A DNA stretch of 64,000 nt from Acidobacteriota bacterium (lineage in GTDB: Bacteria; Acidobacteriota; UBA6911): NCBI GenBank assembly GCA_963664705.1, contig OY761556.1, positions 2,464,001-2,528,000 of the forward strand, given 5' to 3'. Shown piece by piece: positions 1-9,218 of this stretch. The translations under genes and the position numbers were made by a program. The notes under the pieces are model-generated. The model was not told the origin of the DNA. It was given only the letters and a program-made list of their open reading frames with translations, and made no database searches. Positions within the stretch are counted from its first letter, which is position 1, and each line of letters starts with the position of its first letter.

Positions 1-107
1 GCTTTTTCGCCGCTGAGCCCGGATTTGCCGGATGTGGAGCGCGGGGCTTGCGCGCAGGCGCATAGGGTAATGGTTAACAAAACCCCGATGCCAATCGTGG
101 AGCGCAT
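1..107 (-). CDS. 5' part of a probable lipoprotein (runs off the window start)
   Basis: Not in the ORF track. Reverse-strand ATG at 107, preceded by purine-rich GAAAGGGAGAGAAG, reads MRSTIGIGVLLTITLCACAQAPRSTSGKSGLSGEK with no stop. Basic N-terminus, hydrophobic stretch and lipobox-like LCAC. Confidence 0.65.
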   Translation of the reverse strand, partial: MRSTIGIGVLLTITLCACAQAPRSTSGKSGLSGEK

Positions 108-122
108 ATCTTCTCTCCCTTT

Positions 123-197
123 CAGGTTGCAGGTTACAATTTATAGGCTGAAGGTTACAGGCTGCAGGCTTCAACTTGCAACCTGCAACTTAAAACT
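123..197. repeat. Degenerate 7-bp tandem repeat with inverted second half
   Basis: CAGGTTG CAGGTTA CAATTTA TAGGCTG AAGGTTA CAGGCTG CAGGCTT, then the complementary units CAACTTG CAACCTG CAACTTA. Confidence 0.8.
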
Positions 198-205
198 GAT
201 CTGAA

Positions 206-234
206 TTGCGACAGGCATAGCCCTATGGTAGTAT
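206..234 (+). promoter_or_regulatory. Sigma70-type promoter for the fusA-like/lgt/rluD operon
   Basis: TTGCGA (206-211), 17-bp spacer ending in TGG, TAGTAT (229-234). SD-like AAGGAG precedes ATG 281. Confidence 0.5.
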
Positions 235-280
235 CTTTTTCTTTTATTGATGCGAGCTATTCCTCCTGAAAGGAGCCTTT

Positions 281-2374
281 ATGCGGGTTTTTGAGAGCGA
301 TTTCATCCGAAATATTTGCATTGTCGGTCACGGAGCTGCGGGAAAAACATCTCTGACGTCCGCGATTCTCTTTGATTCCGGAGCTGTCAACAGGCTTGCG
401 CGAGTCGAAGACGGCAACACCGTTACCGATTATGACGACGAGGAAATAGAGCGCAAAATCAGTATTAATGCGGCACTGGCGCATTGCGAATGGAACAAGA
501 AGAAGATCAACATTCTCGATACTCCGGGTTACCGCCCATTCCTGGCCGAGACGCAGCTCTCCGTGAGAGCCGCAGACGCAGCCCTGGTCGTGGTCGATGC
601 CGTTTCGGGAGTGGAGGTGCAGACGGAAAAAGTCTGGACATTCTGTAATGAATATTCCCTCCCCCGACTGATCGTCATCAGCAAAATCGACAGGGACAAT
701 GCGAGCAGTGAGCGTTGCCTGGCATCGTTGGAAGAAGCCTTCGGCCGCGGGGCCGTGCCTCTTCAAATCCCCATGGGAGTGGAAAAGAACTTTGAAGGAG
801 TCATCAGCATTGTAACGGAAAAAGCCTATAAATATGCCCGTGATGGATCCGGCAAATTTCAGGAAGAGGAAGTCCCGGCACAGTACAAAGACGAACTCAG
901 CGGCATGCGCGATAAGCTCATCGAAAAGGTTGCGGAAGCCAGTGATGCGCTGATGGAGAAGTTTTTTGCTGAAGGCACGCTGGATCAGGCGGACCTTGTG
1001 GAAGGGTTGAAGGCCTCTATTCTACAGGGAAATATCTATCCCGTTTTCTACGCAAGCTCAACCTTGAACATGGGGATCGCACAGATATTGGATGCGGTCA
1101 CCGATCTCCTTCCGTCTCCTGCCACGGTCGGCAAAACCAAAGGAACCGATCCGAAAACAAAGCAGCCGGTGGAACGGGCGATTTCGAGCAAAGAACCCTA
1201 CGCCGCTTATGTATTCAAGACCATCGCGGATCCATTCGCCGGACGCATCAGCCTTATCAAACTGTATTCCGGAACGATGAAGTCCGACAGCACCTATAAC
1301 AACCAGACCAAGGGAAAAACCGAAAAATTCGGACCGCTGCAGATACCTCAGGGAAAAACCATGGTCCCGGTCGGTGAAGTGCATGCCGGAGACTTTTTTG
1401 CCGTGACCAAGCTCAAAGAAACCACGACCGGAGACACTCTTTGTGATCCGTCCAGCCCGGTAGCATTTGCGAGCGTCGAAGTCCCGGAACCATCCATTAC
1501 CTTTGCCATCGAGCCGAAGAGCCGGGGAGACGAAGACAAGATCAGCAATGCCTTGGCCCGTATTCTGGAAGAGGATGCGGCGATCAAATATACGCGGGAT
1601 GCCCAGACAAAGCAGATGCTCCTGTCAGGCTCCGGGCAACTGCATGTGGAAGTCACCGTCGCAAAGCTGCGAAAGCGTTACGGCGTTGATGTACTGCTCA
1701 AAACACCAAAGATTCCGTACCGCGAGACCATCCGAGGAAAAGCAGACGTGCAGGGTCGGCACAAGAAGCAGACCGGTGGACACGGACAGTTTGGCGATTG
1801 CTGGATCAAGCTGGAACCGCTGGCGCGCGGCGGCAAGTTTGAATTTGCCGACGAGATTTTTGGCGGGTCGATCCCACGCAACTTTATCCCGGCGGTTGAA
1901 AAGGGGATTGTAGAAGCTGCCGCCCGTGGATACCTGGCGGGATACCCCGTGGTTGACTTCAAAATTACTCTCTACGATGGCAGCTACCATCCGGTTGACT
2001 CTTCGGAAATGGCCTTCAAAACGGCCGGTCGTATCGCTTTCAAAAAGGCGATGGAACAGGCAAACCCGGTTCTTCTCGAACCCGTCATGGATGTTGAAAT
2101 TTATGCCCCCCAGGAATATGCGGGCTCGCTGACCGGAGACCTGAGCAGCCGTCGCGGAAGACTCCAGGGGCTGGATATCAAGCGCGACATCCAGATCATC
2201 AAGGCGCAGGTGCCGATGTCGGAAATGGTCTCCTACGAACCAGTTCTGACTTCGATGACCGGAGGACGCGGGACCTACCATATGGAATTCTCGCATTACG
2301 ATGAAGTCCCGGCCCATATTGCGTCGAAGATCATCGAGGAAGCCAACAAAGACAGGAAAGAAGAGGAAGAATAG
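281..2374 (+). CDS. fusA: Elongation factor G paralogue (EF-G2/FusA2-like)
   Basis: G1 GHGAAGKT, G3 DTPGY, domain IV KKQTGGHGQF and HPVDSSEMAF, full 697-aa EF-G length; not located in a str operon. Confidence 0.92.
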   Translation: MRVFESDFIRNICIVGHGAAGKTSLTSAILFDSGAVNRLARVEDGNTVTDYDDEEIERKISINAALAHCEWNKKKINILDTPGYRPFLAETQLSVRAADAALVVVDAVSGVEVQTEKVWTFCNEYSLPRLIVISKIDRDNASSERCLASLEEAFGRGAVPLQIPMGVEKNFEGVISIVTEKAYKYARDGSGKFQEEEVPAQYKDELSGMRDKLIEKVAEASDALMEKFFAEGTLDQADLVEGLKASILQGNIYPVFYASSTLNMGIAQILDAVTDLLPSPATVGKTKGTDPKTKQPVERAISSKEPYAAYVFKTIADPFAGRISLIKLYSGTMKSDSTYNNQTKGKTEKFGPLQIPQGKTMVPVGEVHAGDFFAVTKLKETTTGDTLCDPSSPVAFASVEVPEPSITFAIEPKSRGDEDKISNALARILEEDAAIKYTRDAQTKQMLLSGSGQLHVEVTVAKLRKRYGVDVLLKTPKIPYRETIRGKADVQGRHKKQTGGHGQFGDCWIKLEPLARGGKFEFADEIFGGSIPRNFIPAVEKGIVEAAARGYLAGYPVVDFKITLYDGSYHPVDSSEMAFKTAGRIAFKKAMEQANPVLLEPVMDVEIYAPQEYAGSLTGDLSSRRGRLQGLDIKRDIQIIKAQVPMSEMVSYEPVLTSMTGGRGTYHMEFSHYDEVPAHIASKIIEEANKDRKEEEE

Positions 2375-2380
2375 CCCTCA

Positions 2381-3175
2381 ATGTTTCCTAAGATTCTGGA
2401 TTTGGGTCCCGTCACGATCCACACGTACGGGCTGTTGCTCGCCGCTGCATTTATTGCAGGCATCTGGCTGACCAGCCGGAACGCAAGGAAGCACGGGATC
2501 AATCCGGATTCGGTCTGGAATTTGGGATTGATTGTAATTTTTGCCGCCCTCGTGGGCGCAAAGGCTATATTGCTCTTCTCCAATTTCCAGTATTACTCCC
2601 AAAATTTTCGGGAGGTCTTTTCTCTTTCCACCCTTCGCTCGCCCGGTGTCTATTACGGAGGTCTGCTGCTTGCGTTAGGTGCGGCTGCTTTGTATATCAT
2701 CGTCAAGAAGCTGCCCCTCATGACCATGGCGGACATTACGGCTCCCGGGCTTGCGCTGGGACAGGCGGTCGGACGCCTCGGCTGTCTTTCTGCCGGCTGC
2801 TGCTACGGCAAACCTACCAAGCTGCCGTGGGGCATCACTTTCACCAACCAATATTCCTATGACAACGTCGGTGTCCCCCTCAATGTCCCGCTCCATCCAA
2901 CCCAGGTGTATGACTTGGTGGGCGCGCTGGCGCTTTGTGTGTTTCTGACGTGGCGTCTGTCAAAACCCCATGTTCTGGGCCAGATCATTCTGGAATACCT
3001 GGCACTTTTCGCCTGCCTGCGCTTTATCGTCGAATTTTTCCGTGACGATGACCGCGGCTTTGTGCTGTACGGGCTTCTTTCAACATCGCAGTTCATCGCT
3101 ATTCTTACAATTATCGGATCGGCAGCGGCCTATCTCTGGATCAAGCGCCGGCCCACAAAAGTCCCTCAAAATTGA
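2381..3175 (+). CDS. lgt: Prolipoprotein diacylglyceryl transferase
   Basis: IHTYG N-terminal motif, GxxxxGG, GQAVGRLGC, LPWG and HPTQxY; multi-pass hydrophobic. Confidence 0.93.
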   Translation: MFPKILDLGPVTIHTYGLLLAAAFIAGIWLTSRNARKHGINPDSVWNLGLIVIFAALVGAKAILLFSNFQYYSQNFREVFSLSTLRSPGVYYGGLLLALGAAALYIIVKKLPLMTMADITAPGLALGQAVGRLGCLSAGCCYGKPTKLPWGITFTNQYSYDNVGVPLNVPLHPTQVYDLVGALALCVFLTWRLSKPHVLGQIILEYLALFACLRFIVEFFRDDDRGFVLYGLLSTSQFIAILTIIGSAAAYLWIKRRPTKVPQN

Positions 3176-4113
3176 GCAACCCAAACGAATCCTGGACCGT
3201 AGAAGCGGATGAATCGCGTATTCGACTGGATCAATTCCTTTTAAACCACATCCAGGGAGAGAGCCGCTCGCAGCTGCAGAATTGGATCCGGAAGGGTTAT
3301 GTCACGGTAAACGGGAGCCTGGTAAAAACCGGCTACACGGTCAAGCAGGAAGACCGGATCACTTTGAATGTCCCTTCGGCTACGCCGGATCAACCCTTTG
3401 CGGAAAACATCCCGCTGGATATTCTCTACGAGGACTCGGATCTGGCCGTAATCAACAAGCCGGCTGGCCTTGTCTGTCATACCGGCGCCGGCGTCCGATC
3501 CGGCACGCTCGTCAATGCCCTGCTCTTTCACATGGGACCTTTGAATGCCGGCGATCCGGGCAGACCTGGGATCGTCCATCGCCTGGACAAGTACACCAGC
3601 GGAGTCATGATTATCGCCAAAAACGGGAATGCCCATCGCAACCTGGCCCAGCAATTCAAAAACAGAGAAGTCCGGAAGGAATACCTCGCGATGGTGTACG
3701 GAATCCCTGCGCCACCAATGGGAACGATTGACGTTCCCATTGGCCGAGATCCTAATGACAGAAAGAAGATATCCGCAAGGGCGCGCCACAAGAGAAATGC
3801 TGTCACTCATTACAAAGTCATCCGTATCTATGCTCCCGTCGCATTGCTGAACGTGAGGATTGAAACGGGGCGAACACATCAGATACGCGTTCATCTTGCA
3901 CATAAAGGGCACCCCATTGTTGGGGATGCGGTTTATGGCTCCAACCGGGCCAACCAGCTTCCAGCAAGGCTCGCGCAAGCCGTCCACCGATTGAACCGGC
4001 CGTTCCTGCATTCTCATCGACTTGAGTTCAGCCATCCGGGCACTCATAAGCCGCTTGTATTTGAGGCTCCCTTGCCTCAGGAGCTTCGGCAGTTTATCGA
4101 GGCCATGGAATAG
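3172..4113 (+). CDS. rluD: RluA/RluD family 23S rRNA pseudouridine synthase
   Basis: N-terminal S4 domain (RLDQFL...SRSQLQ), NKPAGL, HRLDKYTSG, TGRTHQIRVH and GDAVYG. Confidence 0.92.
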   Translation: MSNPNESWTVEADESRIRLDQFLLNHIQGESRSQLQNWIRKGYVTVNGSLVKTGYTVKQEDRITLNVPSATPDQPFAENIPLDILYEDSDLAVINKPAGLVCHTGAGVRSGTLVNALLFHMGPLNAGDPGRPGIVHRLDKYTSGVMIIAKNGNAHRNLAQQFKNREVRKEYLAMVYGIPAPPMGTIDVPIGRDPNDRKKISARARHKRNAVTHYKVIRIYAPVALLNVRIETGRTHQIRVHLAHKGHPIVGDAVYGSNRANQLPARLAQAVHRLNRPFLHSHRLEFSHPGTHKPLVFEAPLPQELRQFIEAME

Positions 4114-4181
4114 ATTGATCCGGTCAAAGGAAAGAAGCGTCTATGGACATTAAGGGGACTTCGGGGAGCGGCGAGGCCTGC

Positions 4182-4210
4182 TTGACTCGTTTCCAGACCG
4201 AAATTATAAT
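4182..4210 (+). promoter_or_regulatory. Near-consensus sigma70 promoter
   Basis: TTGACT (4182-4187), 17-bp spacer, TATAAT (4205-4210). Confidence 0.7.
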
Positions 4211-4249
4211 CTGTCAGGCTTAATGAACCGCTTAAATAAAGGACAGAAA

Positions 4250-5224
4250 ATGATTTTCCGATTTCCTCGATCACTGGCAATTCTCGCATTGTGCACTTTG
4301 CTGGCCGCGACCTTTCACAACACTCTTCCGGGCCAGGATTCCAGGAAAACTCAAGCCCCCGAAGGCGGGCTTCCAGGAAGGCTTTCCGATCAGACGTATC
4401 GGGTAAACGTCGACCTTGTCAATGTCCTCTGCTCGGTATTTGACAAAAATACCAATGCCTTCCTTACCAACCTGACGCGCGAGGATTTCTCCATTTACGA
4501 GGATAACCAGAGGCAGGAAATTAACAATTTTTCGCGCGAAACCGATTTGCCTCTGACCATCGCCATGCTGATCGATACAAGCCAGAGCGTGGCCCCGAAA
4601 CTGCGATTCGAACAGGAAGCCGCGATAAGCTTCTTCCAGAGCATTCTGCGAGAAAAAGACCGGGCGATGCTTCTATCCTTCGATTCCGATGTCAACATGC
4701 TCCAGGACTTCACCAACGATCCCAACAAGATGGCCAGGCAAATCCGGAAACTGCGGGCGGCAGGCGGCACCTCCATGTATGACGCGATCTACAAGGCTTG
4801 CGATGAAAAGCTGATCCGCGAAACCGGTCGCAAAGCCATCATCATCCTGTCCGATGGAGAGGATGAATCCAGCAAGGCCACTATCCACCAGGCTAAGGAA
4901 ATGGCGCTCCGAGCAGAGGCGCTGATTTTTGGAATCAGCGTAACACGCGGAGGCTTCTTTGGAGTGGGGGGATCCCGCGAAGGGGATAACGCCTTGAAAG
5001 AACTATCCCAGGAAACAGGCGGGCGTGTTTTCATGCCCTTCAAGCTCGATGAACTGGATGACTCCTTCCGCCAGATAAACCAGGAACTGCGGAGCCAGTA
5101 CAATATCGGGTATTTCTCGACCAATCCCGCCAGGGATGGCAGCTATCGAAAACTTGAGATTAAAGTTCCAGAGAGGGGTCTGAAGCTGACATACCGCAAG
5201 GGATACTATGCACCGTCAAGCTAG
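4250..5224 (+). CDS. Exported VWA-domain protein (Acidobacterial VWFA-related type)
   Basis: Signal peptide, RVNVDLV, MIDAS DTSQS, GGTSMYDAI, LSDGED, ETGG, ELRSQY and YRKGYY. ATG 4250 has AAGGA upstream; alternative start 4223. Confidence 0.88.
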   Translation: MIFRFPRSLAILALCTLLAATFHNTLPGQDSRKTQAPEGGLPGRLSDQTYRVNVDLVNVLCSVFDKNTNAFLTNLTREDFSIYEDNQRQEINNFSRETDLPLTIAMLIDTSQSVAPKLRFEQEAAISFFQSILREKDRAMLLSFDSDVNMLQDFTNDPNKMARQIRKLRAAGGTSMYDAIYKACDEKLIRETGRKAIIILSDGEDESSKATIHQAKEMALRAEALIFGISVTRGGFFGVGGSREGDNALKELSQETGGRVFMPFKLDELDDSFRQINQELRSQYNIGYFSTNPARDGSYRKLEIKVPERGLKLTYRKGYYAPSS

Positions 5225-5278
5225 AAGCGAGTCTGAGACTCGCCTCCAACAACTCATGGGTTGATAACCTAACCCACT

Positions 5279-5304
5279 AAGAAGGGCGGCGTTCGGGCCG
5301 CCCC
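5279..5304 (-). terminator. Intrinsic terminator between convergent genes
   Basis: GGGCGGC/GCCGCCC stem (5284-5303) followed by TTCTT on the minus strand, just after the blaI-like stop. Confidence 0.55.
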
Positions 5305-5315
5305 TCCCGTTCCGT

Positions 5316-5729
5316 TCAGGCGACCTGGTTCTCTTTTTCGCCAGACTCCTGCGGCCAGGCTTCCAGCAGACTCTTTACCGTACCAAGTTGCTCGGATTCC
5401 TTCACTTCATTTTCCAGTACGCTTTCAATCATCTTCTCGGGATTGCCGTCAAAAAAGCGGGTGAGAACATCGTGGATTTGGTTTCTCGTGGCCTGTTCGC
5501 GCGATAATAGCGGTTTGTAGACATATGCGCGACCGGATCTCGTGTGAATCAGCGCCCCTTTTTCTTCCAGAATACCCATCAAAGTCAGAATAGTGGTATA
5601 GGCGGTTACCTTCGTTTGGGACATTGCGTCGCAAACCTCTTTCACCGTAGCCGCTCCTTTATCCCAAACCACTTTCATGATTTGAAGCTCCTGCCGTGTA
5701 AGGATTATGGATTCTAAATCCTTTTTCAT
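5316..5729 (-). CDS. blaI: BlaI/MecI/CopY family transcriptional repressor
   Basis: LTRQELQIMKVVW, AYTTILTLMGILEEKG, GRAYVYKP, RFFDG. GGAGG SD precedes ATG 5729. Confidence 0.9.
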   Translation of the reverse strand: MKKDLESIILTRQELQIMKVVWDKGAATVKEVCDAMSQTKVTAYTTILTLMGILEEKGALIHTRSGRAYVYKPLLSREQATRNQIHDVLTRFFDGNPEKMIESVLENEVKESEQLGTVKSLLEAWPQESGEKENQVA

Positions 5730-5957
5730 TTTACCTCCAAAACCAAATGAATTAGCAGTATCTTCTATATAATAATAGTAACATTGCAGCACTTTGAGTT
5801 TAATACGCTTGTGAGAGGCTGAAGTTTCTATGTCTTTGAAAAAAAATTATTAAATTAGTACTTAACTTACTAGTGGATTCAAAGACAACTCCAGTTGGTG
5901 TTTTTTTCCGGCTCAATTCCTGCCCAAATCAGCTGATTCATGGGTTAAGATTAGGAC

Positions 5958-7181
5958 GTGAAACAGACAATTTTACTCCATTACCATGAGATCAATCTGA
6001 AGGGCAACAATAGAGGCTGGTTTGAAGCGCATCTGCAGCAGCATGTTGCTTCCCGTCTGAAGGGTTTGAATGTCGGCCCTATTCAACGATTTGGAGGGAG
6101 ACTCCTCGTTGAGCTTCATCCAGACTCCCCGATCGAGGACATTGCGCGGCGCCTCAAAATGACCTTTGGCGTGGCGAATCTGGTTATTGCCAGGGAAATA
6201 CCGGCCGATCTCGATGCCATCAAAGACGAACTGGTCAAACTGATTCCAACCGTGAGTTTTCAGTCCTTCAGGATCGACTCAAGGCGTGGCACCAAGGAAT
6301 TCCCTTTGAATTCCATGGAGCTAAACCGACAGTTGGGCGCCTTTGTCCAGGAGCTGACGCATGCCGATGTCCGGTTGGAAAACCCGGATGCCGTGTTTTA
6401 TCTGGAAATCGTGCGTGGGCGTGCATTCCTGTATCTCTCCAAAATTGCGGGCGCTGGAGGGCTTCCTTCGGGAACGGGCGGAAAAGTCCTGTGTCTTCTT
6501 TCCGGCGGGATCGACTCCCCTGTGGCAGCCTACCGGCTGATGCGACGCGGCTGCCGTGTTTTGTTCGTTCACTTTCACAGCTTCCCGCATACAAGCATTG
6601 AATCTCAGGAAAAGGTTCGACACCTTCTCCGGGTTCTCGCAAGATTCCAGCTGGACTCTCATCTGTTCATGGTTCCATTTGCAGAACTCCAGCGGGAAAT
6701 TGTTGCCTATACTCCGCCCCCGCTTCGCGTTGTCCTCTACCGGCGATTCATGGTCCGGATAGCCGAGGCTCTGGCACAAAAGGAAAAAGCGGCGGCGCTT
6801 GTTACGGGTGACAGCCTGGGACAGGTAGCCAGTCAAACGTTGGAGAACCTCCGGACGGTTTCGGCCGCCGGAACGTTGCCGATCTTCCGGCCTCTGATCG
6901 GCGACGACAAAGAAGACATCATGCGTGTAGCGCGGGAGATCGGCACGTATGATATCAGCATTCTCGCGGATCAGGACTGCTGTTCACTTTTTGTTCCCAA
7001 GCATCCGGAAACCATGTCAAGCCTGGCACGGGCCGAGAGTGCAGAAAGCAATTTGGACATTCCGCGGCTGGTACAATCCGCCCTCAGCGAAACCACACAC
7101 GAGCTGGTTGCCCCGGATTTTACGTTCTCTTTACCGGAGAAAACGTATGCAAAACAGTCCTGCTGCCAAAAACAGAATTGA
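5958..7181 (+). CDS. thiI: tRNA 4-thiouridine(8) synthase ThiI (short form, no rhodanese domain)
   Basis: [14 protein letters not shown] domain, GGLP, PP-loop [17 protein letters not shown] and DCC. Confidence 0.93.
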   Translation: MKQTILLHYHEINLKGNNRGWFEAHLQQHVASRLKGLNVGPIQRFGGRLLVELHPDSPIEDIARRLKMTFGVANLVIAREIPADLDAIKDELVKLIPTVSFQSFRIDSRRGTKEFPLNSMELNRQLGAFVQELTHADVRLENPDAVFYLEIVRGRAFLYLSKIAGAGGLPSGTGGKVLCLLSGGIDSPVAAYRLMRRGCRVLFVHFHSFPHTSIESQEKVRHLLRVLARFQLDSHLFMVPFAELQREIVAYTPPPLRVVLYRRFMVRIAEALAQKEKAAALVTGDSLGQVASQTLENLRTVSAAGTLPIFRPLIGDDKEDIMRVAREIGTYDISILADQDCCSLFVPKHPETMSSLARAESAESNLDIPRLVQSALSETTHELVAPDFTFSLPEKTYAKQSCCQKQN

Positions 7182-7665
7182 AGTTGTCCGCGGGGACATC
7201 ACGAAACTGCAGGTCGATGCAATTGTAAACGCGGCGAATAGTTCCCTCCTGGGGGGCGGTGGCGTTGATGGAGCCATTCACTCTGCAGCCGGACCGCAGC
7301 TTCTCGAGGAGTGCAGAAAGCTTGGAGGCTGTCCTACCGGCCAGGCAAAAATAACGGGAGGGTACCGTCTTCCCGCAAAATGGATCATCCACACTGTAGG
7401 ACCGATCTGGCGCGGCGGGGCGCAAAACGAGGAGCAATCGCTCGCAAACTGTTATCGCAACTGCCTCCGGCTCGCAGCAAGCTATGATATTCGAGTGCTT
7501 GCCTTCCCCTCCATCAGCACGGGAGCCTATGGGTTTCCGATCGATAGCGCCTCCAGAATTGCGCTGCACGAGATACGGTCTCACCTCGAGAATAACAAGC
7601 TGCCTGAAAAAGTCGTTATTGTCTGTTTCGATGAGCCAACATTTCGCTGCTATTCTTCGCTTTAG
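7147..7665 (+). CDS. ymdB: Macro-domain O-acetyl-ADP-ribose deacetylase
   Basis: [32 protein letters not shown] and [12 protein letters not shown]. Start placed at ATG 7147. Confidence 0.92.
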   Translation: MQNSPAAKNRIEVVRGDITKLQVDAIVNAANSSLLGGGGVDGAIHSAAGPQLLEECRKLGGCPTGQAKITGGYRLPAKWIIHTVGPIWRGGAQNEEQSLANCYRNCLRLAASYDIRVLAFPSISTGAYGFPIDSASRIALHEIRSHLENNKLPEKVVIVCFDEPTFRCYSSL

Positions 7666-7826
7666 GGGGAACAATTGCAGCATGCGTTGCCATGGAGCCT
7701 CCGCTCGTACACTCTCAGGTACGCGGGAAATCAGCATCGAAACTATCGTTATTGGCGGGATTGCCCGGTATAATGAAAGTTTTTGAATCAGAAATCACTG
7801 GGAAATAAAAAGGAAAGGGCAAAGAA

Positions 7827-9134
7827 ATGGGCAAAGACAATGAGCAATACCGACTGGCAACTCTGGCTCTGCATGCCGGGCAGGAACCGGATTCGGCGAC
7901 CACCGCTTGTGCCGTGCCAATCTACGCAACAAGCAGCTATGTTTTCAAAAGCACGGAACATGCTGCCAATCTGTTTGCTCTGAAGGAATTTGGCAATATC
8001 TATTCCCGGTTGATGAACCCGACCAATGATGTTTTGGAAAAACGTCTTGCCGCCCTCGATGGCGGTGTTGGCGGCCTTGCATTTGCGAGCGGGCAGGCTG
8101 CAATCACTGCAGCAATCCTGACCCTCACGCACTCCGGGCAGAACTTTATTTCAGCCACCAGCCTGTATGGCGGAACGTGGACGTTATTTACCCAGACGCT
8201 GAAAAAACTTGGAGTTGAAGTCCGTTTCTTTGACCCGAACCACCCGGAACAGATTCCCGGCTTGGTCGATGCCAATACGCGGCTTGTTTATCTGGAATCG
8301 GTAGGAAACCCCAAGAATGACGTCCCCGATTTTGCGGCCATATCCGACATTGCCCACAAGCATGGATTGCCGGTCATTGTGGATAACACAGTGTTGACTC
8401 CGGCTATGCTGCGCCCCATCGATCATGGTGCCGACATTGTCGTTTATTCGACCACAAAGTTCATTGGCGGACATGGCGTACATGTCGGCGGTGCTATTGT
8501 CGACAGCGGCAAGTTCCTCTGGGCGGATGATCCGAAAAAGTGGCCCGAATTTACGGCTCCGGATGATGCTTATCACGGAATGGTTTTTACCGAGGCTTTG
8601 AAGCCCATTGGAAATATCGCCTACATTACGCATATCCGAACTCATTGGCTCCGGGATACCGGCGCATGCATGAGTCCATTCGCTGCATTTCTCTTTCTGC
8701 TCGGGTTGGAGACACTGCACGTCCGCATCGAAAGGCACGCGGCCAATGCAATCGCGCTGGCGCGATGGCTCGAAAAGCATCCCGCAGTGCAGTGGGTCAA
8801 CTACCCTGGCCTGGAAAGCCATAAACACTATAAAATGGCGCAGAAATATCTGACAAAAGGGGCCGGCGCCATCCTGGGATTCGGCATCCGCGGCGGTCGG
8901 GAAGCCGGAATCAAATTTATCAACAATGTCAAACTCGCTTCCCACCTGGCGAATATCGGGGATGCCAAGACGCTTGTGATTCACCCTGCCTCCACCACGC
9001 ACTCGCAACTGTCCGAAAAGGAACAGCAGGAAGCCGGCGTCACCCAGGAATACATTCGCGTTTCCATAGGGATTGAGGATATCGAAGACATCCGAAACGA
9101 TTTTGATCAGGCTTTAAAGGCATCGCAGATTTAG
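7827..9134 (+). CDS. metY: O-acetylhomoserine sulfhydrylase
   Basis: YSRLMNPT, ASGQAA, DNT, PLP lysine in STTKFIGGHG, LANIGDAKTLVIHPASTTH. Confidence 0.93.
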   Translation: MGKDNEQYRLATLALHAGQEPDSATTACAVPIYATSSYVFKSTEHAANLFALKEFGNIYSRLMNPTNDVLEKRLAALDGGVGGLAFASGQAAITAAILTLTHSGQNFISATSLYGGTWTLFTQTLKKLGVEVRFFDPNHPEQIPGLVDANTRLVYLESVGNPKNDVPDFAAISDIAHKHGLPVIVDNTVLTPAMLRPIDHGADIVVYSTTKFIGGHGVHVGGAIVDSGKFLWADDPKKWPEFTAPDDAYHGMVFTEALKPIGNIAYITHIRTHWLRDTGACMSPFAAFLFLLGLETLHVRIERHAANAIALARWLEKHPAVQWVNYPGLESHKHYKMAQKYLTKGAGAILGFGIRGGREAGIKFINNVKLASHLANIGDAKTLVIHPASTTHSQLSEKEQQEAGVTQEYIRVSIGIEDIEDIRNDFDQALKASQI

Positions 9135-9218
9135 GTTGAGCACCGTCGGGCAACGATTGACGATCGGGAAACTGAATCGTCAACCATGATTTGAGTGGCG
9201 CAGACATAAAGGATTGAG

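Noticed and set aside
6949-7146. N-terminal extensions given by the ORF track (also 26156, 35283, 38565, 43234, 34626, 5792)
   Set aside because: They overlap neighbouring genes or lack homology-like features; downstream starts with SD motifs or stop/start coupling fit better.
7666-7826. SAM riboswitch or T-box upstream of metY
   Set aside because: No SAM-I core motifs or T-box sequence were recognisable by eye; an Rfam scan would be needed to exclude other classes.
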